Shown here: positions 36,435-43,806 of the stretch, piece after piece
Layout of the letters: each line of letters opens with the position of its first letter
How positions within the stretch are numbered: position 1 is the first letter of the stretch
NCBI GenBank assembly: GCA_017445385.1
Contig: JAFSUG010000001.1
Span: 80,969 to 144,968, forward strand
Origin: Oscillospiraceae bacterium
GTDB taxonomy: Bacteria; Bacillota; Clostridia; Oscillospirales; Oscillospiraceae
Reading direction: 5' to 3'
Length of the DNA stretch: 64,000 nucleotides
The notes under the pieces: model-generated
Seen by the model: the letters and a program-made list of their open reading frames with translations, nothing else
Database searches by the model: none
What the model was told of the DNA's origin: nothing
Translations under genes and position numbers: made by a program

Positions 36435-36881
36435 TTAGCCCTCTTTGACCTCCACGGTCAGCTCGCCCGTGACTTCATAGCCGAGCTTGCAGCGGACTTT
36501 GTAAGTGCCGGCAATCTTGATCGGCTCATCAAGCACGATCTTGCGCTTATCTAGGTCGATCTTCTGCTGCTCGCTCAGCGCCTCGGCGATTTCCGCGCTT
36601 GTAACGGAGCCGAACAGCCTGCCTGCGCCGCCGCCCTTCGCGGTGACGACAACGGTCATTTCGCGCATCCGGTTTGCAATCGCAACCGCCTGCTCGCGCT
36701 CTTTCTGCTGGCGCTCCTGCGTTGCTTTGTCGTTCATGCGCATCGTGTTGATGTTATCGGCGGTCGCTTCCTGCGCAAGCTTGCGCGGCAGCAGAAAATT
36801 GCGCGCGTAACCATCGGAAACTTCGATCATCTGCCCGCGTTTGCCTTTGCCGCGGACGTCTTGTGTCAAAATCACTTTCAT
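36435..36881 (-). CDS. rplI: 50S ribosomal protein L9
   Basis: 148 aa. MKVILTQDVRGKGKRGQMIEVSDGYARNFLLPRKLA... Confidence 0.96.
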   Translation of the reverse strand: MKVILTQDVRGKGKRGQMIEVSDGYARNFLLPRKLAQEATADNINTMRMNDKATQERQQKEREQAVAIANRMREMTVVVTAKGGGAGRLFGSVTSAEIAEALSEQQKIDLDKRKIVLDEPIKIAGTYKVRCKLGYEVTGELTVEVKEG

Positions 36882-36895
36882 TGTTTTTCGCTCCT

Positions 36896-38875
36896 TTACA
36901 GTTGATAGTAAGCCTCAATCGAGGCCTGCAGTTCTTTCAGTGCGCCGTGCACGGTTTTGCCTGTGATCTGCGCGCCGGCTGTTGCGGCGTTGCCGCCGCC
37001 GCCGAGCGGCTCTAAAATCATCTGCACGTTCGCTTCGCCGAGCGACCGCGCCGATATGATCACCTTGTCGCCGTCCGGGTAGAGGACGAACGAAGCCGTG
37101 ATGCCCTCGATGTTCAGCAGCTCATCCGCAGCCTGACCGGCGGTGGCGCGGCTGGTTGTGTAGTCCAGCGCGGAAATGGCGATGCCGTGCGCGTACTGCT
37201 TGGCGTGCTGAATGATGCGGTAGCGCGAGATCGTGGTTGCAAGATCGCTCTGGAAGAGTTTTTTCACTTCCGTGGGATCCGCGCCGAGCCGCCGCAAAAA
37301 CGCGGCTGCTTCAAACGTGCCCGAGCCCGTCCGCACGGCGAAATTCTTTGTATCGAGCACAATGCCTGCCAGAAGCGCGCGCGCCTCTTCCGGCATCAAG
37401 TCCTGCGGATCGGCGGCGTATTGCAGCAGCTCCGTAACAAGCTCCGATGCCGAGGAAACCGAAGGCTCGTGCAGCGTCAGCACCACCTGGTCAATCGAAT
37501 CGGCAGCCATGCGGTGATGGTCGATCAGCACAACACGCGGGATCGTTTCCAACAGCGCGCGGCTTTCCACCTGCTCCGGGCGATTCGTATCCACAACGAT
37601 CAAAAGGCTGCGCGGATCGGAGAGCAGCATCGCTTCCTCCGCGCTGATAAACGCCTCCGCGTAGGCGTCGGTTTCCTTCATGCGGCGGATCAGCGACGCG
37701 GCAACGTTGTTCGCTTCGTCCACTACGATCTTCACCTGCTTGCCGCATTTGCGGCAAAGGCAGCCGAGACCGACCGCCGCGCCAATCGCGTCGAGGTCGG
37801 CATTTTTGTGACCCATCACGTAAACCTGGTTCGATTGGCGGATCAGCTCTGTCAGCGAGCCTGCCAGAACGCGCGATTTGACCTTGGAATGGCGCTCGGC
37901 TTCCTTTGCCCGCCCGCCGAAGAAGGAGAAATTGTAGCGGTCTTTGATAACGGCTTGGTCGCCGCCGCGGCTGAGCGCCATTTCGATGGAGAGAACGGCG
38001 AAGTTGAAGCTCTCCTCAAAATCCGCGCCGTCCTTGCCGATGCCGATGCTCACGGAAGCGGCAATGCCGGAGGGGTTCACAACCTCGTGTACGCTGTCGA
38101 GCAGCGAAAATTTGCCTGCTTCCAGCGCGGCGAGGTCCTTCTGCTCCATAACGAGCAGATAGCGGTTTCGCTCAAATTTCCGGTTCAGGCAGTTGATATC
38201 CTTCGTCCATGCCGCAATGCGCGCGCCGATCAGCGCGTCAAGGCTTGAAACGCTGCCTGCGGCGAGGTTGTTCGTCAGCTCGTCGTAGTTGTCGATCAGC
38301 ACGATCGCAACGATCGGGCGCGAGCGGATGTATTCATCGCGGACGCTGAGCAGCTCGGTCTGGTCGGTCAGATACAGCGACGCCATCAGACGGCCGCTGT
38401 CCGCGCCGGCAGGGCGGAACAGATTGCCGGACATATAGTAGCGCCGTTTTCCGAGCGTGACCTCAATCGGGTATTCCGGCTTGCCGTCGATCAGCCAGCG
38501 CGCGTCGAAGTCGGGGATCACGTCTTCGATCTTTGCGTCAAAAATCGAATCGGTCAGGCCGGTGATCTGCTGGAACTGCGCGTTCGTCCAAACGACCTCG
38601 CCCGTGTCAACGCGCAAAACCGCCATCGGAAAGGGGACGCCGCTGCCGAGCGCGTTATCGCGCGAGCTGGTTGTGGATAGAATATAATCGCGCAGCTGGC
38701 GCTTTTTCGTTTGCGTGAAAATGAGATAAACAACGAATAAAACGATCGCAACGCCGGCTTCGATCGCGGCGAGGTAGATCATATCGAAAAAGAACGTCAC
38801 GGCGGCAAAGAGCAGCATTACAACAAAGCAAAGCGCAACGCTCGGCTCAAAGAATCGAAAGATTTTTTTATCCAT
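36896..38875 (-). CDS. gdpP: GdpP/YybT-type DHH/DHHA1 phosphodiesterase (c-di-AMP phosphodiesterase family)
   Basis: It has two N-terminal TM helices, a PAS-like domain, a degenerate GGDEF region, DHH (MGHKNADLDAIGA...DHH) and DHHA1 (GGGGNATAAG). I trimmed the start to MDKKIFRFF (38875). It sits in gdpP-rplI-dnaB synteny. Confidence 0.88.
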   Translation of the reverse strand: MDKKIFRFFEPSVALCFVVMLLFAAVTFFFDMIYLAAIEAGVAIVLFVVYLIFTQTKKRQLRDYILSTTSSRDNALGSGVPFPMAVLRVDTGEVVWTNAQFQQITGLTDSIFDAKIEDVIPDFDARWLIDGKPEYPIEVTLGKRRYYMSGNLFRPAGADSGRLMASLYLTDQTELLSVRDEYIRSRPIVAIVLIDNYDELTNNLAAGSVSSLDALIGARIAAWTKDINCLNRKFERNRYLLVMEQKDLAALEAGKFSLLDSVHEVVNPSGIAASVSIGIGKDGADFEESFNFAVLSIEMALSRGGDQAVIKDRYNFSFFGGRAKEAERHSKVKSRVLAGSLTELIRQSNQVYVMGHKNADLDAIGAAVGLGCLCRKCGKQVKIVVDEANNVAASLIRRMKETDAYAEAFISAEEAMLLSDPRSLLIVVDTNRPEQVESRALLETIPRVVLIDHHRMAADSIDQVVLTLHEPSVSSASELVTELLQYAADPQDLMPEEARALLAGIVLDTKNFAVRTGSGTFEAAAFLRRLGADPTEVKKLFQSDLATTISRYRIIQHAKQYAHGIAISALDYTTSRATAGQAADELLNIEGITASFVLYPDGDKVIISARSLGEANVQMILEPLGGGGNAATAGAQITGKTVHGALKELQASIEAYYQL

Positions 38876-39174
38876 GCCTTCACCGCCTTTTCGGATTTTT
38901 ATACCATTATAACAGCCGCAAAGAAAAAACACAACACCGGAGCGGCTCGTTTTTTCCCGTTTTTTGCGGAAAAGAAAGGGTATACTTTTTCGCAAAGTTG
39001 TGGTATACTCCCCAAAGAGGCTCCGGTCAGTCGCCGCGCGATGCGGTGCGGAGCGTGAAAACAAAAAAGGCAGAGATCCGCGGGTATGCGGGCGAGAACC
39101 GACGGTTCAGGGTCGGCGATCCCCGGTACAGGCGGTTGTTTCTGTTTTCTATTTTTCGAAAAGGAGTTTTTTAC

Positions 39175-40827
39175 TTGGCAAACAAACTGAAGATTATCTC
39201 GCTTGGCGGTCTGAATGAGATCGGCAAGAATATGACGGTATTTGAATACGGCAGGGACATCATCGTTGTGGACTGCGGACTCGGCTTCCCTGAGGACGAT
39301 ATGTACGGCGTGGACCTCGTGATCCCCGATTTTACGTACCTCGCAAAAAACCGCGACCGCATTCGCGGACTGTTTTTAACGCACGGGCATGAGGATCACA
39401 TCGGCGCGATCCCCTATGCGATGCGCGAATTCCGCGCGCCCATCCACGCAACGCGCCTGACGGCGGGGCTCGTCCGCCTGAAGCTCGAAGAGCACGGCAT
39501 CGAGCGGCAGGTGAAGCTGCATACGCATGAAGCCGGCGATATCGTGCAGGCGGGGTGCTTCCAGGTGGAGTTCATCCGCGTGAACCATTCCATTGCGGAT
39601 GCCTGCGCCTTTGCGATCAAAACGCCCGTGGGCACGGTGCTGATGACGGGCGATTTCAAAATCGATTCCATGGCTGCCGGCGGCATGACCGATCTCGGCA
39701 GATTCGGTCAGCTCGGCAAGGACGGCGTTCTCGCGTTTCTCTGCGATTCCACAAACGTGGAAAACCCCGGCTACAGCGCGTCGGAAAGCCTTGTTGCCGA
39801 GGGGTTCGACCGCCAGTTCAAGGGCTGCAGCCAGCGGATTATCGTAACTACGTTCGCCTCGAACGCCTACCGCCTGCAAAGCCTGCTCAACGTGGCGCAT
39901 CGTTATGGGCGCAAGGTTGCCGTTACAGGGCGCAGCATGGAAAACGTGCTGAAGGTTTCGCTCGATCTCGGCTATCTCAAAGCGCCGAAGGATACGCTCG
40001 TTGATATCAGCGAGATCAAAAACCTGCCGAAAAACAAGGTGGTTATCGTTTCAACGGGCAGCCAGGGCGAAAATATGTCCGCGCTGTACCGCATGGCGTT
40101 TTCCATGCATAAGCAGGTGGAGATCCAGCCCGGCGACCGCGTGATCATCTCCGCGTCGGCAATCCCCGGCAACGAGAAATCCATCGGCAAGATCATCAAC
40201 GAGCTGTACGCAAAGGGCGCGGAGGTCGTCCATGATAAGGCGGCGGACCTGCACGCTTCCGGCCATGCCTGCCGCGAGGAGCTGAAGATCGTCCACGCGC
40301 TCGTCCATCCGCGCTTTTTCCTGCCCGTGCACGGCGAGCAGCGCCATCTGCGCGCGCATGCTATGCTTGCCCAGCAGATGGGCATGAATCCGAAAAATAT
40401 CTTCATCGGCAGCATTGGGCAGGTCTTTGAATTTACGCGCACAACCTGCCGCCAGACCGGAGCGGTCCCTGCCGGCAAGGTGCTCGTGGACGGCAGCGGC
40501 ATCGGCGACGTCGGCGGCGTTGTCCTGCGCGACCGGCGCAAGCTCGCCGAGGAGGGCGTCGTGATGGTCGTGGTCGGCTTTTCCAGAGAAACCGGCGCTG
40601 TTGTTACGGGGCCTGAAATCGTAACGCGCGGCTTTATCTATGAGAAAGAGTCCGAGGAAGTTATGGAGCAGCTGCGCGCCGTCGCGCAGCGCGCGGTGCA
40701 GCAAACGCTCCGCCATAACAGCCGCGATTGGGGCTCGGTGCGCACGTCGCTTCGCCAGGAGCTTGCCGCATTTCTGCGCGCGCACGGCCGTGACCCGATG
40801 ATTTTGCCGGTTTTGCTCGCAATTTAG
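39175..40827 (+). CDS. rnj: Ribonuclease J
   Basis: ...KLKIISLGGLNEIGKNMTVFEYGRDIIVVDCGLGFP...LTHGHEDHIGAIPY... is the RNase J pattern. There is no in-frame ATG near the conserved N-terminus. AAAGGAG followed 8 nt later by TTG at 39175 fits best. Confidence 0.93.
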   Translation: MANKLKIISLGGLNEIGKNMTVFEYGRDIIVVDCGLGFPEDDMYGVDLVIPDFTYLAKNRDRIRGLFLTHGHEDHIGAIPYAMREFRAPIHATRLTAGLVRLKLEEHGIERQVKLHTHEAGDIVQAGCFQVEFIRVNHSIADACAFAIKTPVGTVLMTGDFKIDSMAAGGMTDLGRFGQLGKDGVLAFLCDSTNVENPGYSASESLVAEGFDRQFKGCSQRIIVTTFASNAYRLQSLLNVAHRYGRKVAVTGRSMENVLKVSLDLGYLKAPKDTLVDISEIKNLPKNKVVIVSTGSQGENMSALYRMAFSMHKQVEIQPGDRVIISASAIPGNEKSIGKIINELYAKGAEVVHDKAADLHASGHACREELKIVHALVHPRFFLPVHGEQRHLRAHAMLAQQMGMNPKNIFIGSIGQVFEFTRTTCRQTGAVPAGKVLVDGSGIGDVGGVVLRDRRKLAEEGVVMVVVGFSRETGAVVTGPEIVTRGFIYEKESEEVMEQLRAVAQRAVQQTLRHNSRDWGSVRTSLRQELAAFLRAHGRDPMILPVLLAI

Positions 40828-40939
40828 CGATCAAAATAGAAAATACTTGATTTTTAGCTGCGATTCTTTATATAATAAAAAGTACGGTGGGTTATGGCGT
40901 TTTGAACATACCCAAATACGGTTGGAGGAGCGCAAATCT

Positions 40940-41698
40940 ATGAACGAAAACAAAGCGGCAACTTCTCGCGGTGAGATTGAAATTGACGTTCGGAAGCTGC
41001 TGATGGCATACCTGAAGCGGTGGTGGCTGATTGTGCTGTGCGTTGTACCGTGCGCACTTTTGATGCTTTTCTATACGCAGAAATTCGTAACGCCGCAGTA
41101 CAGAGCAAGCGTCACGATCTACGTCAATAATATCCGGAGCGACCAGGATATCGAGTATATCTCCGGCGCGAACCTCACTGCCGCGCAGGAACTTGTAAAC
41201 ACCTATACGCGGATCATTACAAGCCGCACCGTTCTGAACGCGGTCATCGAAAAAGAGCATTTGCCCTGCACGTATGATGAGCTGAGCCGGCTGATCTCAA
41301 CCGCGCAGGAGGGCGAAACGGCAATTTTCCGCCTCTCGGTCACGCATCCGGATCCCGTTGTCGCCGCGCGCTACGCCAACGCAATCGCGCGTACCGCGCC
41401 CGGTGAAATCGAAACGTTCGTAGAAGGCAGCTCCACCAAGGTGTTGGATTTTGCGGAGGTTCCCACCGGCATCTACAGTCCGAGCTACCGCCGCTCGTTC
41501 GTGCTCGGCGGACTGATCGGTCTTGTTATTGCGCTCGCATGGCTTACGATTCTGTTCCTTATGGATGTGCGCATCAAGAGTGAAGAGGATCTCACGGCGC
41601 TCAGCGATTTGCCGCTGCTTGGTCAGATCCCCGATTTCACGGTGCTGAAACGCGGTTCCGGATATACCTCCGGCGATAAGGGAGGGCGTAAAAAATGA
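40940..41698 (+). CDS. Wzz/CpsC/YwqC-type chain-length determinant (BY-kinase transmembrane modulator)
   Basis: MNENKAATSRGEIEIDVRKLLMAYLKRWWLIVLCVV... has N- and C-terminal TM helices. GGAGGAG lies upstream of the ATG at 40940. Confidence 0.85.
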   Translation: MNENKAATSRGEIEIDVRKLLMAYLKRWWLIVLCVVPCALLMLFYTQKFVTPQYRASVTIYVNNIRSDQDIEYISGANLTAAQELVNTYTRIITSRTVLNAVIEKEHLPCTYDELSRLISTAQEGETAIFRLSVTHPDPVVAARYANAIARTAPGEIETFVEGSSTKVLDFAEVPTGIYSPSYRRSFVLGGLIGLVIALAWLTILFLMDVRIKSEEDLTALSDLPLLGQIPDFTVLKRGSGYTSGDKGGRKK

Positions 41699-42555
41699 AA
41701 CTGAAATGGAATAAAGCTCCGTGGAAGAAACGCTCCGCTAAGGAAGAGCGCAACCGCCAGATCATGGAGGAGCGCGAGTTCCTTCTGAAAAAGGACAGCG
41801 AATTCTTCGCGCGCGAAGCGTATAACAGCCTGCGTACCAACGTTGTTTTTTCGCTCACGGGCGAGGAAGCCTGCAAGATCGTTGCGGTAACTTCCTCCAT
41901 GCAGAGCGAAGGCAAGAGCATTACGGCAGCCAACCTGGCGCTGTCGTTTGCGGAAGCGGATAAGCGCGTTCTGCTGATCGATTGCGATCTGCGAAAGCCG
42001 AAGCTCTCGCGCCTGCTCGATATGAGTGCAAAATACGGCTTGAGCAACGTGCTGATGGAGCCGCAGCTGCTTGAAAACGCGGTTTTGCAGTATCCCGCCG
42101 CGCAGAATATGCACGTGATCCTTTCCGGCAGCATTCCGCCGAACCCCTCCGAGCTGCTCGGCTCGAGCCGCATGGAAAAGCTGCTGGAATCGCAGAAGGA
42201 AAAGTACGATTATATCATTCTCGATACCCCGCCGATCAATATGGTCACGGACGCTGTCGTCCTTTCAACTTACGTGGATGGTTTGCTGCTTGTTATTCGC
42301 GCGAACCAGTCCGAGCGCGGCGCGGTTATGTATTCACTGGAGCAGCTTAGCTACGCGAAGGCAAAGATCCTCGGCTTCGTGTTCAACGGCGTAGACCAGG
42401 CGGCAAGCAGCTACAGCAAGTATGCCTATCGCAAATATCGCCGTTACGGCTACGGGAAATATAAATACGGTTATGGCGGTCATGGTTACGGCTATGGTTA
42501 TGGCTACGGCTATCGCGCTCGTTCGGAAACGGATGAGAAGGAGTCCGATCAGTGA
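41695..42555 (+). CDS. CpsD/CapB/YwqD-type bacterial tyrosine kinase (BY-kinase)
   Basis: Walker A is VTSSMQSEGKSITAANLA. Walker A' is LLIDCDLRKP. Walker B is IILDTPP. The C-terminal Tyr cluster is YSKYAYRKYRRYGYGKYKYGYGGHGYGYGYGYGY. Confidence 0.9.
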   Translation: MKLKWNKAPWKKRSAKEERNRQIMEEREFLLKKDSEFFAREAYNSLRTNVVFSLTGEEACKIVAVTSSMQSEGKSITAANLALSFAEADKRVLLIDCDLRKPKLSRLLDMSAKYGLSNVLMEPQLLENAVLQYPAAQNMHVILSGSIPPNPSELLGSSRMEKLLESQKEKYDYIILDTPPINMVTDAVVLSTYVDGLLLVIRANQSERGAVMYSLEQLSYAKAKILGFVFNGVDQAASSYSKYAYRKYRRYGYGKYKYGYGGHGYGYGYGYGYRARSETDEKESDQ

Positions 42556-43262
42556 TTGACCTCCATACGCACGTTCTGCCGGGAATCGACGATGGCGCAA
42601 GCCGCTCGGCTGAAAGTATCGCAATGCTCAAAGAGGAAGCGTCGCAAGGTGTTCGCGCGGTTGCGCTTACGCCGCATTTCTACCGCGATCGGGAAACGGT
42701 TGCAGATTTCCTCGCGCATCGGCAGGCTGCGTATGCGCATCTGTTATGCCGTATAGAGGAACTGCCGCCCGAGGAGCGCGAGGCGCTTCCGGAGCTGAAG
42801 CTCGGCGCGGAAGTTACGTGGATGGAAAACTGTTCCAAATGGGAAGGGCTTGAGCAGCTCTGCTATGAAGGTACGCGTTATCTTCTGATCGAGCCGCCTT
42901 TCATCACATGGAACGAAGCATGGTTCCGCGATTTGCAGGACCTGATGAACGCAACCGGACTAACGCCCGTGATTGCGCATCTCGATCGCTATCTGCGCGA
43001 TCAGAAAAAAAGCGCGATCCGTGAGCTGCTTTCCTATGGAATCCCCGTGCAGATCAGCGCGGAGTCGCTGCTCCGTCTCACAACGCGCCGTCATGCGCTG
43101 GAGCTGCTCGCATCGGGCGACGTGCAGCTGCTGATCTCCGATTGCCATGATCCGAAACGCCGCAAGCCGAATATCGGCGATGCGCTGCAAGTGATCGCGC
43201 ATCGGCTCGGCAAAGAAGCTGCCGAGAAGCTCGCGCAAAACAGCGAAAAGATTTTTGCATAA
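42552..43262 (+). CDS. CpsB/CapC/YwqE-type PHP-domain tyrosine phosphatase
   Basis: MIDLHTHVLPGIDDGA... is present, with the C-terminal ...SDCHD... motif. Confidence 0.9.
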   Translation: MIDLHTHVLPGIDDGASRSAESIAMLKEEASQGVRAVALTPHFYRDRETVADFLAHRQAAYAHLLCRIEELPPEEREALPELKLGAEVTWMENCSKWEGLEQLCYEGTRYLLIEPPFITWNEAWFRDLQDLMNATGLTPVIAHLDRYLRDQKKSAIRELLSYGIPVQISAESLLRLTTRRHALELLASGDVQLLISDCHDPKRRKPNIGDALQVIAHRLGKEAAEKLAQNSEKIFA

Positions 43263-43265
43263 GCA

Positions 43266-43304
43266 AGCGCACGGTTTCCAAATGGAAACCGTGCGCTGTT
43301 TTTT
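43266..43304 (+). terminator. Intrinsic terminator after the phosphatase gene
   Basis: AGCGCACGGTTTCCAaaTGGAAACCGTGCGCTgtttttt. Confidence 0.75.
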
Positions 43305-43328
43305 GATAGGCGTAATTCTCGAGAAACG

Positions 43329-43479
43329 GTGATGCTATGCCATTCGGCATAGTGATGCTGCTCCCGATGGTCGCAGTGATGTCACGTGTTCCGCTCACGT
43401 GCCGAACGCACACATCACGCACGAAGTGCGCATCACTTGCAAAGCAAGCATCACGTTCCGCGGCAGCGGAACACATCGT
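43329..43479. repeat. GTGATG(C) x3 / (G)CATCAC x3 motif array interleaved with short hairpins
   Basis: GTGATG occurs at 43329, 43352 and 43376. CATCAC occurs at 43413, 43431 and 43449. Short perfect hairpins lie between the motifs (TATGCC-attc-GGCATA, CACGTG-ttccgct-CACGTG, GCAC-gaa-GTGC, TTGC-aaa-GCAA, GTTCCGC-ggca-GCGGAAC). Confidence 0.6.
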
Positions 43480-43481
43480 TC

Positions 43482-43522
43482 AAAAAAGCGTCCTTTGTCT
43501 ACCGGACAAAGGACGCTTTTTT
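43482..43522. terminator. Bidirectional intrinsic terminator
   Basis: aaaaaaGCGTCCTTTGTCtaccgGACAAAGGACGCtttttt. Confidence 0.75.
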
Positions 43523-43524
43523 GT

Positions 43525-43643
43525 TGGTGGACCTGAAGAGACTCGGGCAGGCACGCGATGCGTGCCTGTAAGGATGCACCGGTGTGCGCACCGGTGCCCA
43601 CGACATTCCACCGGCATGTCGAATTTGAACTTCGAGTCTCTTC
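43525..43643 (-). other. Duplicated tRNA-Ala 3' end embedded in a cloverleaf-like GC-rich fold (att-site scar or tRNA-like RNA candidate)
   Basis: 43525-43545 is an exact 21-nt copy of tRNA-Ala positions C56 to CCA (43683-43703). 43631-43643 is an inverted 13-nt copy. On the minus strand, GAAGAGACTCG...CGAGTCTCTTC closes three hairpins (43601-43621, 43576-43597, 43549-43567) and leaves a 3' tail AGGTCCACCA. Confidence 0.4.
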
Positions 43644-43650
43644 TTTACAG

Positions 43651-43681
43651 AAAAAAACATCCCCAAAAGGGGATGTTTTTT
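43651..43681. terminator. Bidirectional intrinsic terminator downstream of tRNA-Ala
   Basis: aaaaaaaCATCCCCaaaaGGGGATGtttttt. Confidence 0.75.
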
Positions 43682-43682
43682 C

Positions 43683-43758
43683 TGGTGGACCTGAAGAGAC
43701 TCGAACTCTCGACCTCTCGGATGCGAACCGAACGCTCTCCCAGCTGAGCTACAGGCCC
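43683..43758 (-). tRNA. tRNA-Ala (anticodon CGC), CCA encoded
   Basis: The reverse complement is GGGCCTGTAGCTCAGCTGGGAGAGCGTTCGGTTCGCATCCGAGAGGTCGAGAGTTCGAGTCTCTTCAGGTCCACCA. I hand-folded the cloverleaf (7/4/5/5-bp arms). It has the G3:U70 alanine identity pair. The anticodon loop is TTCGCAT and the T-loop is TTCGAGT. Length is 76 nt. Confidence 0.93.
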
Positions 43759-43806
43759 ATAGGATACTGTCTGTGGAAACCCACGGACAGTATCATAGCA
43801 TACTTT

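Noticed and set aside
42470-42520. There is a hexanucleotide-like repeat (ggttacggctatggttatggctacggctat).
   Set aside because: It encodes the GYGYGYGYGY C-terminal tyrosine cluster expected for a BY-kinase. It is long, but it is not a separate genetic element.
43329-43479. The GTGATG/CATCAC array might be a CRISPR or mini-CRISPR array.
   Set aside because: The repeat unit is only 6-7 nt and occurs in both orientations. The 'spacers' are themselves palindromic hairpins of 11-31 nt. There are no cas genes in the window.
43525-43650. The tRNA-like element might be tmRNA (ssrA) or a second tRNA gene.
   Set aside because: It has no 5' acceptor strand complementary to the AGGTCC(A)CCA tail and no tag-peptide reading frame. 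At about 120 nt it is far too short for tmRNA. The arms do not have tRNA dimensions and there is no D-loop, anticodon or T-loop consensus.
43337-43747. A 136-aa ORF spans the intergenic region next to tRNA-Ala.
   Set aside because: It reads straight through two strong terminator hairpins, the repeat array and part of the tRNA gene. It has no SD and its composition is not protein-like.
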